DNA from: the human T2T-CHM13v2.0 reference genome, Homo sapiens
Direction: 5' to 3' (one strand)
Assembly: GCF_009914755.1 (NCBI RefSeq)
Contig: NC_060929.1
DNA length: 64,000 bases
Shown here: one piece after another, positions 30,273 through 44,150 of the stretch
How positions within the stretch are numbered: position 1 is the stretch's first letter
Layout of the letters: the number at the start of each line of letters is the position of its first letter
Made by a program: the position numbers and the translations under genes
The notes under the pieces: model-generated
The model's database searches: none
Told to the model about the DNA's origin: nothing
The model's input: the letters and a program-made list of their open reading frames with translations, nothing else

Positions 30273-30759
30273 AATATATATTTAAGGAAAAACTCATGTG
30301 AAGCACTGCACTTTGGAAAATTCTATAGTACAAAAGAGGAGGCCATGGGTAACTCTGTGAGGCATTACAAGAGCCCTGCCAATGCCAGGCCACTCCATTT
30401 GCTATTAGCCATAACTGACCTTAATTTTCAGTCTTGTCCAGCAGCACTAGGAAGGCAATCAATCTTTTGTCAGAGTGAACTTTTTAGGGAAGACATGTGC
30501 TATTCAATTGTATAATAACAATGATAATACTATTTCTAGTGAATAAATTATATTTGTTTTTTATATTTGCCACATTCAAAGACCTCTCCCAGAAGTATGT
30601 GTGAGCTCCAAAAAGGGGTTCTCAGTAGTCACTACCTTAGGCTCCACATCAAAGTATAGGTCTTGCTGATGAATAGTAGAAGGAGAAGAAATGTAATAAA
30701 TTTCTAAATGTGAGCATGTTAAAATATTTAACAATATACTTTATTAATGGAAGTAATGC

Positions 30760-30965
30760 ATATATAATTTTTTAACATCATGTTAAATATATTATTCTTA
30801 TATAGAAATATATGTATATACAATACACAAATATAATACACATAATATAAATATATATTTATATACTATATGTATCTAATATACTATATTATACTATAAA
30901 CATATATACATACTACATATACTATATATTTATATAAATATATTATCTATGTTTTAAAATATAGA
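30760..30965. repeat. AT-rich low-complexity (TA)-rich tract
   Basis: Degenerate tatat/atac repeats. Confidence 0.8.
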
Positions 30966-31059
30966 CAAAAATAGAAAATGCAGTTAAGAAGGTAAGAAAA
31001 TGGTATTTTTCATTTCCCATCCCTCCCAGGGACGTGCCCTTTATAACTACTTGTGCTAT

Positions 31060-32200
31060 GATTCAGTCCATTTTGCCTTCCCAGAGTCTTTTAAACTCAC
31101 CCTCTCTCCCCATTTTCAATATAATTCACCTGGTTAAGTTCTTTGTCAATTTGTTGCCTGGACTACTCCAATAACCTCCAAACTGGCTTCCCAAACATAC
31201 TGATTCTCTTCAATTTATTCTTCATGCGATTTCCGGAGTGATCTGGCTAAAACACAGGTCTGATCATGTCATACAATCTCATCCCTGACCTTTGACATTC
31301 TTCAATGACTGTCACATGTACCCAACTGCATTGCAAAGGCAACAAGGGGCCGTGATCATTGGCCTCCTGCCCACCTCACTGGCCTCAATTCCTTGCACTG
31401 CCTCCCACAGTCATTTCCAGGGCCCCAGATAAAGCATGTTCTCTTTCCTACCTAGATTCTAGGGTATGGATTAAGTATGTGGGTTCCAGCTGCAGTCCAC
31501 CCAGATTCAAAACCTGCTGCCCCCACTTAGTCACCAAGGTGTGGGCAAGCTACTACACCTGTTGAAACTGCAGCTTCTGCTGTGATATGGAGGAGGTAGC
31601 TGGACCTAAAACATGGCTTAGGTGTGAGGATCATCAAGTGTATGAAATCATTCCTGCAGAGTTTTCCATACAGTACTTGGCTCACACACAGATAATATCT
31701 GTAGGCCTCCTTTCCAGAGCTAAAAATGCACACACTTCACAAGAGGGGAAAAATCTTAGCCCTCATGGAGCACGTGTTCTAGTGGAGACAGACACTGACA
31801 AGTATAATACACAGTGTGTTGGAAGTAAAAACTCCCATGAAGAAACTAAAGCTGGCCAGGACTGCCATTTTCAGTAGGATGGGCAGAAAAAACATTAATG
31901 GGAAAGTGGCATTGGACCAAAGATTTGTAAGAGGTGAGAAGGTGAGCCACACAGAAATCTGAGAAAGAAACATCTCAGGCAGAGAAAACCATAAGGCAAG
32001 GACCCTGAGGTGGGGTTGTGCCTGGAGAGTTTGGAGAATAGAAAGGAGATCAATGACTGGAACCGAATTTTGCCTGGGCGAGTGATAATGAAATCAAAGA
32101 GAAAAGTGGTGGTGGAGCAGATCATAGTGGTTTGGGGGCCATTTGAAGGGTACTGGCTTTTACTGAGTGAAGTGGAAAAGTATATGACTGCCACTGGCTA
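31060..32200. mobile_element. L2 and MIR fragments
   Basis: L2-like 'cctggactactccaataacctccaaactgg...gagtgatct...tctgatcatgtca'. MIR-like sequence at ~31480-31700. L2 3' sequence 'ccctcatggagc...ttctagtggagacagac' onward. Confidence 0.55.
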
Positions 32201-34534
32201 TTACTACTTATTAACGTTTCTGGGAAGTTTCAAGCCAATCTTCCAAGCTGGCTCAAGAGCTTCATGTCTCTGCCCCCAGAGGACATCTGAAACCTCTATT
32301 ATGGCACAGCAGTCCCCCACCTGAACTCCCGGAAGACAAGGCTCAGGTGTTCATCTTGGTGTCCCCAGCACTCTGTGGGTTACTCAGCAGGCAGGAATGG
32401 CTTAATTAAGAATGACTTTGAGAAGACCCCAAAAAAGTGTCTGTTCCATAGTGCACTAAATATACTCTGTATGATCCTAAAAATAGTGATGGGAAATAAG
32501 CATATGCCTTCCGCTGACATCATGTTTGAATTCTCAGCACTTTCAGCAATACGATACAGTGATGCTGGACTATTTTGCTAAGATTCTTTCATTTTACAAT
32601 TTTGAAAAATTCTTGCATGGGTTATCTAAATCTGTTTCAAAAATAACCCTGTGCTTTTTACATTTTAGTAACTCCATTTTCCAAATAAGGAAACTGAAGC
32701 CCAAAATATCAAGTGACGAGTGGAAGTCTCAGTCCTATAATTCAGAAACCCACCACCCAGGAGAAGGGCCCTGATGCTTGTAAAGAATGCAAGAATGCAT
32801 GGCTGCTTATGACACAGAGAGCATCCCTATTAAAACGGCTGCAGCACAGCGAGCTGAAGCAAGGCAGAAAGAGGGAGAAAACAGACTGAGATAATGCAGC
32901 AGCACTTGGTGGTGAAAGGAAACAACCAAAGCAGGAAGAATTCCATTCTGCATTCACTGATCACAGACGGAGTTGCCCTTTTGATGAATGACACAGCGAG
33001 GGCCACAAAATAAGAGGTGCTGCCAAGAGACACCAAGATGACTGGGAACGAACAGTATCGATATCAAAGTTACTACTGGTAGTGCCTATTCTCTGTACTG
33101 CTGTTTTATTCTATTGCATTTTTGTTGGATTCTAATTCCACAGTAGCTGTAGTATCTCTGATATGGAGCATAGGGCAGCTGTAGCACCAATCCAAAACTA
33201 ACCAGCACTGTACCTGCACCCAGTTAAGACTCAGCATCTACTACTGATGAAGTCTTAGTCTTATTTTTTGTTTTCTTACTTCTGGGATCTGGTTTCTTAA
33301 TCTGCAAAAATGGGAATGATGGTGTCTATTTTACAGATTTGTTACAGAATAAATAATGTGGTAGAGTATTAAAAATGATGAACTGTTCTATGATGGTAAA
33401 ACATAATTAAAATCTCTCTTCTCTCCACATACATTTGTGAATTAGTTGTGTTGCCCTCAAATTAAATAATACTTTACTTTATAATCATTCTAAAATACAT
33501 ATTAATTTTTCTGCCATCTAAACAATTATCAACACCTAAAAACAGAATCATACTGCATACCCATTTCTTAGTGTCACTTTTCAGTAAATAAATCAATTTG
33601 TGAATGCTGTTGTACAGAATATTGTCACTTACTTTTTTTCACATATACTGTATCATAGTTTCATGAAGCTAATAATCACTGTACTGCAGAAATAGTCTAA
33701 TAGGTCTTTTATTCACCACACTGCTTCTGTATTTTATTATGGTGATATTTTGACACTTGAGAAGCAAAAGTGGTGAGACAGTATCTTCATAAAAAAAAAG
33801 GGATCAATTACATTGAATTACCTTGAAAACTAAAGTAATGAAAATGATTTCCTTCAACTTAATATGAGACTGCTGATCCCATCATCTCTTTCCAATAGTG
33901 CACATCGTAACACAGCAGAAGCTATTTTGTTACAGCAGCATCACCACCCATAGCCTTGAGTCTAGGACAGTAAATGAGCAACATGAATGAATCGCCATTC
34001 TTCTTCCTTCCTACACAGTACTGTGAAGAATACAGAGCAATAGTCAAACATCAGGGGAAATCTATCTTGTTCTTTCAAAAATAATAACCTGAGTTTATAT
34101 TTTAAAAGATTATCATTCCAAGTTTGGAGACTTTCAAATTGCCTCAATTATAAAACGACTTAAATGAAAGTGACAAAGTCAAAGAAAATTGCACTGTGAT
34201 GGGGAAATAAAATCAGTGCCAGGAATGTGATGGAAGAGAATAGAATCCAATGTATCCACCGACTGGTGCAGGAATTCAAAATCATGTAACTGTTGACAAA
34301 TATTTAAACAGCAACACATCAGCTTAAATGTACAACTAAAAAATAAAAACAAAAAAAACTTTCAAACGTTACAAACAAGAAAGCATACTATTGCAAATTG
34401 TATAGTCCTCAAATGCTGCTTCATTTTTACAGTAACACAGCGAAGTGAAGCAAAATGAAAAGCACATCAGGTTCTGTAACTCCTTCTATTCACCTACGAT
34501 ATTAGAGGCTCTCACTTAAGAAATCTATGCTTTC

Positions 34535-34821
<287 letters not shown>

Positions 34822-35134
34822 AATCTATGCTTTCAGCAATATACTCTTTTACAAAACAAAAAACTTGATTGCTTATAATTATTATATAAAATACTGCTGC
34901 ATGCCCTTTGGGCTTAATATGAAATTAATAACTCCATGTAGAAGGATCACAGCATATTAACCTGAAAACACGTTGAAAATGAAAAGTGAAATTTTAGTTA
35001 ACAAAATGTAATGATTGTGACCATAATGAGAGCTGCATTGTTTTGTATTTGTTTTTGCAGTCCATCTAACAGTGAGGCTCCCCAAGATAAGAACAAAAAA
35101 ATGTGAATAATGCAAATATCTTAAAAGAAATAAT

Positions 35135-35466
35135 GGCCGGGCGCGGTGGCTCACACCTGTAATCCCAGCACTTCGGGAGGCCGAGGCGGGTGGATCACAA
35201 GGTCAGGAGATTGAGACCATCCTGGCTAACATGGGGCAACTCCGTCTCTACTAAAAATACAAAAAATTAACCAGGCGTGGTGGTGGGTGCCTGTAGTCCC
35301 AGTTACTCGGGAGGCTGAGGCAGAAGAATGGCGTGAACCCAGGAGGTTGGAGCTTGCAGTGAGCCGAGATTGCGCCACTTCACTCCAGCCTGGGCGACAG
35401 AGCGAGACTCTGTCTCAAAAAATAAAATAAAATAAAATAAAATAAAATAAAATAAAATAAAAAATA
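35135..35466 (+). mobile_element. AluY-type element with (TAAAA)n tail
   Basis: 'ggccgggcgcggtggctcac...gaatggcgtgaaccc...gagcttgcagtg'. Flanks are aagaaataat / aagaaatgat. Confidence 0.95.
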
Positions 35467-35665
35467 AGAAATGATATGTCTGGCTAACAGAGCATGCAAA
35501 GTGGTCTCTGGTATGTTTTGAAAATTACCATTTTCCCCAATATACAAGTACTCAACCAAAGCATCAACTTTTTGAAAAATCAGTTTCATCTAAAAGATAC
35601 ACAGTTCAGATACAAATTATATATATTTTAAAAGAAACTTTAAATATATAATAAAGAAAAGTAAG

Positions 35666-35945
35666 AAGCAAGTTGGGGTGGCTCACACCTGTAATCTCTG
35701 TTACTTTGGGAGGCTGAGGTGGGAGGATTACTTCAGCTCAGGAGTTTAAGACCAGCCCTGGCAACACAGTCGTCCCCTCTCTACGAAAATATTAGTTGGA
35801 TGTGGTGTTGTGCACATGTAGATATATGGCAGTTTGAGGTGGGAGGATCACTAGAGACCCAGGAGTTACAGGCTGCAGTAAGCTATGATTGCACCGCTGC
35901 ACTTCAGTCTAAGGCAAAGTGAGACCTTGTATCAAAATAAAGAAA
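35666..35945 (+). mobile_element. Diverged AluJ
   Basis: 'ggctcacacctgtaatc...gggaggattacttcagctcaggagtt...ggctgcagtaagctatgattgcacc'. Confidence 0.85.
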
Positions 35946-36620
35946 AACTTAGAAATGTTTTAGTTCTCAATTATGTAACTATATTTTTTTCATGTGCTCA
36001 GTGCTCATATTCTATGTTAACATTTTAGTTTAACTGGTTCTATAAAATGTAAAGGTTACATAGCTAATCAACAAAAACTGTATGATTGAAACTGGTTTAA
36101 AAAAAAGTTTTCCTAATATCTAAGAAACACCATACATCTATTTTTTTCTGAAAGACCATGCAATCATCAAAACACTATTTTGCAGCAGCTGCACATTTAA
36201 TACTTTGAAAGCATGGCTGCAATGTATTTTGTGAATTTTAATCCTGGTTAATTCTGGGCACATAACTATTAGGGGTTTTTATTTTTTCCCTTTTATCTTA
36301 CCTTCTTTCAGAAATTTCAAACAAAAAAAAATTTTAAAAAGTAAAAGAATATGATTCCCAACTCATTATAAAAACATAAAAATCAAACTGGAAAAACATT
36401 GGTAAACTATAGCTTGTGAAAACACAAGTGGCCAGATGCACAGTGAGACAGGCTGCTGTCTGTGTTTGGCTTTCTTGATATTACATTTCTTAGAATTTGT
36501 TTTATTTGTTAGGCAGCAAAACAAAGCTTGGCAAGAGGATACCACGTCTGAGGAGAGTCTGAGGATGTGGAATAGCTCAAGAGGCAGCTGGGTGTGTGAT
36601 GAGAAGATAAACGCCATTAG

Positions 36621-36946
<326 letters not shown>

Positions 36947-37189
36947 GGGTCAACATTTTTAAAAGACTTAGAAAGTCTCACTGAGGTATGTGACAAAAAT
37001 CTCTTCTTATCTCCCCAAAACTCCAGTAAGAATTTCTGTATTTCTTCAAAGTTTAGTCCTAAAACACATCTGGGTTGTCAATTTTCATATATTATACATA
37101 TAAATTCAGAGTCCAAAAACCAAGAACATTTTAAAAGTTACTCCAATGTCAAACTTTGGAGTAATTTAAAAATTCCTCGTAAGGTGAAA

Positions 37190-37397
37190 GGGAGCATGCT
37201 CACTCTTTCCACCAGATGAGGACGCGGGAAAAAGACACCATCTACGAATCAGAAAGTGGAGCCTCTCCAGACCCTGAATATGCCAGTACCTTGATCAAAG
37301 ATTTCCCAGCCCCCAGAACTCTGATAAATAAATTTCTGTTATTCATAAGCCACCTAGCTTATGTTAGTTTGTTATAGCAAACCAAATGGACAGATAC
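37190..37397 (+). mobile_element. MLT1A-type MaLR LTR 3' part
   Basis: 'ccatctacgaatcagaaagtg...accttgatc...ccagaact...aaataaatttctgtt...aagccacc...gttatagca'. Confidence 0.75.
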
Positions 37398-37802
37398 GCA
37401 GACTTTAGATTCAAGTCAACTTGGGTTTGAAACCCAGTTTTGGAAGATACTGCATTTCATTTTAGGGAAGTTATTTAAATTATTTGAATCACAGTTTTTT
37501 GTTTTTGTTTTTATTTTGTTTTGTTTTGTTTTCTTTAAGAAGGAGCTAGAAATACCTGTTTCAAAGCATTGTTGAAAGGATTACATGGCACACATAAAAT
37601 GCCTGGAACAGGCACTTAGGAATTAACAAATCTTCAATGCAATGGAATCTCAATGAGGACAGGGCTGTTTGTGTCTTTTGATCACTGGTGTATGCCTGTC
37701 ATACAGAAATGCTCCATAAATATTTGGAGAATGAGAGAACTAGTATTATCAATAATTATTTAATAATTTCCCCTAAGCTTAAGTAGCAGCCTAAACACAG
37801 TA

Positions 37803-38740
37803 CGATTGATTCTTGTTATGTGTGATAGTTTTGTTCTATAAAGTCAATGATAACACTGAATTAGAGAATACTGAGCTATCGCTCCTAGGAGAAATAAAGG
37901 GTTAAGTTCCTGCAAGCCTTTGGTCACAATGTTTTCATCAACTAATTAATGCATAATCTTGTTTTATGGATGTTTCTCTTTGAAGCTATCTTATTTTTAT
38001 ATATTGTTGATTCATGAATATTTAATTCATGGCCAACAGCTCTGTAACTCATGCAGAAACAAAGCTTATTGAACACATATATTTTCTCCGTAGGGCACAC
38101 TGCAGCTTTCTTGCACTTATAAACATTAGATAACAAATCAGCATTACCATTGAGGGCTATTTTAAACAATGAAATCACTAGGAAAAAACATGAAAATGGG
38201 CCAGGCGCGGTGGCTCATGCCTGTAATCCCAGCACTTTGGGAGGCCGAGGTGGGTGGATCACGAGGTCAGGAGATCAAGACCATCCTGGCTAACACGGTG
38301 AAACCCCGTCTCTACTAAAAATACAAAAAATTAGCTGGGTGTGGTGGTGGGCGCCTGTAGTCCCAGCTACTCAGGAGGCTGAGGCAGGAGAATGGCGTGA
38401 ACCCGGGAGGCGGAGCTTGCAGTGAGCCGAGATTGCAGCACTGCACCTCCAGCCTGGGTGACAGAGTCTCTCAAAAAAAAAAAAGAAAAAAAGAAAATGA
38501 AAAAAACAAAACCAAACTGAAATGTGGCACCAACTAGACTATGAAAAGGGCATTTGTTTGCAGAAGGAGAGCTGAAATGAGAACGCAGAGTATTATCTTC
38601 TGAGGCCTCAGTTAGGTACATGTGTGTCCATGCACGGCACATGACTGTGAATACCCTGTTTGTTAATTTGGGGGTTATAAATGCATTTTAACATACACAA
38701 GCTCACAAACATGAAATTCTCAAATACTGAGGATGGATTG
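37803..38740 (-). mobile_element. MER82 (TcMar-Tigger) interrupted by an Alu
   Basis: Reverse complement of MER82 text ('gctcctaggagaaataaagggttaagttcctgc', 'ttggggggttataaat'-like). ORF 37942-38178 keeps a pogo/CENP-B HTH-like relic (MSYRAVGHELNIHESTI). Confidence 0.85.
38199..38492 (+). mobile_element. AluY-type element inside MER82
   Basis: 'cctggctaacacggtgaaacc...gaatggcgtgaacccgggaggcggagcttgc'. Confidence 0.95.
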
Positions 38741-39914
38741 TATATCCAACAGGGAATCCATGGTACTCATGTAAGGATTACACCTTCTATTTCTGCATAT
38801 CTCTCCTCTCTCCTTCTGTCTCTGTTCAACACTGTCATAAATATTTCTTTTCAAGCAGCAAACACCCAATCAGTACGTGCTGAAAAGAAAAAAAATGAAC
38901 ATATGCTTTGAGGATTTTCATTCCAATGGAGACTAAATACACAACAGGACTTGGAACCCCAATGTGTTGTCATCTTAAATGTATATGGTACAGTAGTCAT
39001 CCAAAAGAATATTGCATATAGCAGGTCATTTTTTAAAAATGTTACATACAAACATGTCTTTCAATGAATGTTGTTAGGGTTATCGAACAGTTAGAAGAAA
39101 TGGAAATATGCTAGATGAGGTTAAGTAAATAGAAAGTAGATAGAAAACCACTAGCTTCCATCAGGGTCTAGAGGAGCCTATAATAATAAAAAGGTCAGAC
39201 CAGGAAGAGACAGGCTGGAAGAAGAGGGATCACACAAAGGAGGAAACTGGTTTGTATAGTATGTTATTAAAAATGCTGATTTTTGTCATATCTTGTCACA
39301 TTGCTTATTGTTCAAGACAAGTATCTAGCAACTGGCCTGAGAGGAAATTAATACCCTATCATAATCTCTCTGATCTATTGTTCAGTGGCAAGCAATGAGG
39401 GGAAAATCTTTGTGTCTTGAGAGCTGTGTGGCTTGTGTATTGGTTTACTACTTCTCATTCCACTGAAGCTCAAGAGTTGAATTATTCTCTACAGAATCAT
39501 TAAGAAGTATAAACGGAGTGCCCTACCACTTCTCTTTTCCTCGGTTATAATGGAATGGGTAAATAACAAGGTATTCAGAGATGTTTTCCTATTTGTGTAT
39601 TAAAATAATGCTTTTCTATTTCTTGAGAAAAAATGGAATATTTTTATTCCGTAACAATGTCACATTCACATTTATTTCACTAATGAAGAACACTATGCAG
39701 AGTTCCTTTTACTTAGCTTTGCGTGAGTTTGATGTTCTCATGCTGTCTTATCATTTTAGTACTGAAGCAGGCTTATTTAGAATAGTTAGGCAATAAATAA
39801 AAACAAAATCCATAATCCCTTAATTTGTCCCATTTTTATCACACTATAAACAGATGTAATATTACATACACATATATTACATATTAAAATTGTGATATTA
39901 TATATAAAGTCTTA

Positions 39915-40109
39915 CACTGTTTTTAATCACTTAACTATATAATGAGTATTGTCCAGTTCCTTAGACAGTCTTCAAAAACAGTAGTTCACACTGCCTGTAA
40001 TGGATGAATTATTTAAACATTTGCCACTTTTATTATAAATATTTGTATACTTTTTACAAATATCTATAATCTACTTTAAAATAGTTAGCATGGATAGTGT
40101 GATATTGCC
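39915..40109 (+). repeat. Left arm of a ~190-bp imperfect inverted repeat (partner 40994-41176)
   Basis: For example, 'acagtcttcaaaaacag', 'gaattatttaaacatttg' and 'tagcatggatagtgtgatattgcc' occur reverse-complemented, in collinear order, in 40994-41176. Confidence 0.9.
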
Positions 40110-40119
40110 ATGCAATTAT

Positions 40120-40454
40120 TTAACTGTCAGCACACTCTTTCTGCAAGGGGCCAGATAGTACATATATTTGGATTTGTGAGTAATCTCATCTCTTCTCCAA
40201 CTGTTCAGCACTGCCATGTTAGTGCCAAAGCAGTGATAAACAACGTATAAAGGCATGAGTGTGCTGTGTTCCAATAAAACTTTATTAGTAGGCGCTGGTT
40301 GAATTTCACCTAATTTTCACATGTCATGAAATATTCTTCTTTTGAATTGTTTCCAACTATTTAAAATATGTGAAAAATCATTCTTAGCTCATAGGCCATA
40401 GAAAAACAGGCAGCAGCTTGGAATCAGCCTTGGGCTATAGTTTGCAGACCACTA
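40120..40454 (+). mobile_element. MER58B (hAT-Charlie)
   Basis: 'ggccagatagta...gctgtgttccaataaaactttatt...gaatttcacctaattttcacatgtcatgaaatatt...ttcttagctc...gctatagtttgcagacc'. Confidence 0.85.
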
Positions 40455-40993
40455 GTTCAAGCCCCACTGCAGATTCAGTCAACTGCCCTAATGAGAATCT
40501 CTTGCTCCAAGACTGGCCAACTCCCTTCCATTTAGAAGCCCCTTTCTCCAGAGGAGGGCTACCCTAAACTGTTTAGACTAATTTTATATCTGATCAACAG
40601 CAGATATTTTTAATAATTTGCATTAGAATGAGTTTCCATGGGTGACATTAATGGCTTGTTAGCATAATGTAGATGTAAGAAATGAGCGCTCATTGTTCAA
40701 ATTCATGATACTTAGAGCCAGCATTTACCCCTCTTTAGTGGTTTTCAGGTTGAGCACCTGCAGATCCTAAGGGAGGTCAGGGACACTCTGAAACCCAGAC
40801 AGTAGTCATATATCAACAGGTATGAACAACCAGTAATTAGCAACTGACATGCTGCATAATAGCTGAAAATCAGCCCTGCCTAAATGGGCTTTATCTGATT
40901 TCACAGATAGCTGGATGAAATCTTTTGTGCTCACTTAAAGATACATTTTTGCCCTTTATAGAAAGAGCTGCTGACCCTTGCCTTAAACACCTG

Positions 40994-41176
40994 GGCAATA
41001 TCACACTATCCATGCTATTTTAAATGATAGATATTCAGAAAAAGTTTCAAAATGTCCATAAATAAAAGGTCAAATGTTTAAATAATTCAGCCATTATAGG
41101 TAATGTGAACTGTTTTTGAAGACTGTTTAAGGAACCGGACAAATATCATTATGTATGTAAGTGATTAAAAATAGTG
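40994..41176 (-). repeat. Right arm of the inverted repeat (partner 39915-40109)
   Basis: 'ggcaatatcacactatccatgcta ... caaatgtttaaataattc ... ctgtttttgaagactgt ... aagtgattaaaaatagtg'. Confidence 0.9.
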
Positions 41177-41359
41177 CCAGAATAAATATGTAAATGTCTG
41201 CAGGCATGGTAGATTTTGGTGTCAGAATTGCTCTCACTTTCAACTGTTATACAGAGGTTGTTGGAAAGTGTGCAAGCTGCCCCTGATTCTAACCATTGGA
41301 AGCTGCCATTCCATTGCCCCCCAAAAATTTGGACCTTAACAGTATATAAAAGTTGGATC

Positions 41360-42220
41360 TCAATTCACAGTTCTTCCATAAAACACTTACTGAGTTTCTT
41401 TTATGTGCCAGGCATAGATACAGACACAGTAGTGGAATAAAGGCAGATATGGTCCCTGTCTTGATATTCATTGTTATGGCATAAGTGGGAATAAAAAATA
41501 AGCATTAAAATGCATTAAATATTCCTTTGTATTTTATAAGTCAGTAACAGTATACTGTATCAATCACTAAAATAGGGATTTCCATGAGCCAGGACTGTCC
41601 CAAGGGCATGGCATACATCAATCTATTCAAGAACCCCGCCTTATGAGGTGATATTATGCCCACTTTTCAGATGAGGAAACTGAGGGACAGAAAGATTAAG
41701 GTATCTCTTGACATATGACAACTTTAAAGCTGTGGCTTGGGTTTTAACCCCAGCAGTTCAAACTCTTAGTCTATGCTCTTAGTCTCTGTTCTTCAAAGTT
41801 TGGTGAATGAATTTGGGGTACAAAGTGACAGTCACTTAGGCGGGCAGTCAAGGAAGGACTTTCTTAGCAGGGATAATTTAAACTGCAGCCTAAAGGACGG
41901 GAAGGCATCAATTATGAAAAAAGGCAAACAGCACATCTAACACCCTATGTCTGGGAGGAGATTTCTCTGTTCCTGTAAGAGAAAAGAGGTTGACATGCCT
42001 AGAACCTGGGAAGCCACAGATAGGACCTTGCTTTTATTCTAAGCTGGCAGAAAGTAGGAGAGTTACAGTCAGATTTAATTTTAAAAATCAGTCTGGTTGC
42101 TGTGCAGAGATTGCATAATGGGGTAAAAGTGATACTAGGTGGGGTCCATTGAAGATCAAGAACAAAGGTGGCTTAGACCAGAGTAAATGCTGCAGGGAAA
42201 GAAACTGATGTAGCCCATTT
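41360..42220. mobile_element. L2 / MIR / L2 fragments
   Basis: 'aaacacttactgag...tatgtgccaggca' (L2 end), 'ttttcagatgaggaaactgaggg' (MIR) and 'ttttaaaaatcagtctggttgctgtg' (L2). Confidence 0.6.
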
Positions 42221-42330
42221 CAGAAACAGTTCAAAAGCTCCCAAACAATACTCCCCAACCAAGCCCTCCATGAAATCTATCTGATGCTGAAGATAAATAA
42301 TTGTATTTCTTGTATTAAAGCAACACATTA

Positions 42331-42632
42331 TTATTTTTTTTTTTTTTTTTTGAGACGGAGTCTCGCTCTGTCGCCCAGGCTGGAATGCAGTGGCGCGATC
42401 TCGGCCCCCTGAAACCTCCGCCTCCTGGGTTCAAAGGATTCTCCTGCCTCAGCCTCCCGAATAGCTGGGATTAAAGGCATGCGCCACCACGTCCAGCTAA
42501 TTTTTGTATTTTTAGTAGAGACAGGGTTTCACCATGTTGGCCAGGATGGTCTCGATATCCTGACCTCGTGATCCCCCTGCCTCAGCCTCCCAAAATGCTG
42601 GGATTACAGGTATGAGCCACTGTGTCCCGCCC
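42331..42632 (-). mobile_element. AluS (Sc/Sg-like) with TSD
   Basis: Dimeric Alu flanked by aaagcaacacattatt / aaagaacacattatt. Confidence 0.95.
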
Positions 42633-44150
42633 AAAGAACACATTATTCTAATGTAAATTACACACTTCCTTTTTTGTCTCCAGCTTACACCTTTCTCTCC
42701 ATGAAGTGCTGGAAATAAATCAGGGACTAAATTTTCATATAAAGAATTTTTTCTCTCTTATCTAACTAAAATATACTTAATTTCATTTGAAATGTTATGA
42801 AAGCAATGGAGCTAGTACCACAACAGAGTTTAAAGTAAGAATTGTCCAGTTCAATCCATTAAACAGGTGATTTATTTTTGGAAAAATAAAGCTTTAAATA
42901 ATTTATAAACAAATTTGATCATTTATTCTAAATTGTAAATATATATTATAATAATTGAAGGATAATTAATATCAATAAGCATATTTTCTTTTCTTAATGC
43001 ATATTATTTTGTGCTATTATTAAAACATTAAAATATTACAATTTATGTATTAACTATATATCATATATATATACATATATATATATCATATGTTCCCCCA
43101 CACACACATAGTTAGATTTAATCTACTTATACTTTTAAAAAGAGTTACTTTAAAAAAAGTGTCACTACATATGTCAATTCTATCGAATGAGTAGCTGTAG
43201 AACAGGTTTGCCACACTCAATCAGAATCGTAAGCACTGGGACAAATGGTCAGGTTTACATTTCAGAATCATTGCCTGGTTGTTAGATAGGTTGGGTCAAC
43301 TCAGGATAGAGGCCAAGAGTCCACGGGGAGACAAAGTGGAGAGTGTGGAATCACAGAAGCATGAATGCAATGGAGGTAGGAATGGCCTATTTCTTAGGAC
43401 CTGGGAGGATGACTAAGTCACCTGAGGATACGATGAGGATGACAAAAAGAGGGAAGGATTGTGGGTGAGAGGGAAATAAGATTATTTATGGGTATGTGGA
43501 GTTCAATTTGCTTATGGGGCATGAGAAATTGAATAAAAAGTCTAAATGACTGAAGAGAGAGGTGGGCCAGACCTTCTCAAATTTTCAACATTTAAGTGAA
43601 AACAAGGGAGGAATAATATTCCTCGGGGATATCATGAATTGCAGAGAAAAGGGCCGAGATGAAAGGAATATTTAAAGGACAAGAACATAAAGAGAAGCCT
43701 CCAAAAATACTGTAGCCCAACTCTCCTTCCTTCTTCTTATTGCCATCTCTTTAAATTCTTGCCACATAAAAAAGCATATCATCCACGGGCTTCCTTTCAA
43801 AGTAAAAATATTTTCTAGAGCTTTCTAACTTGTACCTGTCCTGGAAGAACTGTTCTGTAATGAAGTTAGAAATTATAAAGGTAAGCATGAAATAAGTACA
43901 ACGTGCCAGGGTGTAAATTCAATCAAATCCCCAGGTGGGGTTTCCCTCTTTGGTTCAGCTTCATTCTTTTGTAGTAGAGGGAGTCGGATACTTGGTAGAA
44001 GCTCCATTTGACTGAACATTAGGCTTAGTTGAAATCATCTATATTTTGGGTTTTAAAATATGTGTGTGGGGGGCACTGTGGGTAGGTAGTTGTGTTTAAC
44101 ATATCAATATGTATTGAAAATTATTTTTTGATTGAAAGATTTAATCACTT

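Noticed and set aside
37129-37172. Hairpin ttactccaa-N9-ttggagtaa; also the palindrome atgtaatattacat at 39854-39867
   Set aside because: Short AT-rich stems are expected by chance in 64 kb.
38784-38879. Minus-strand 96-nt exon candidate (ttttcttttcAG|CACGTACTG...GAAG|GTGTAA)
   Set aside because: Stops occur in all three frames and the donor is weak. At most a non-coding exon, with no support from sequence alone.
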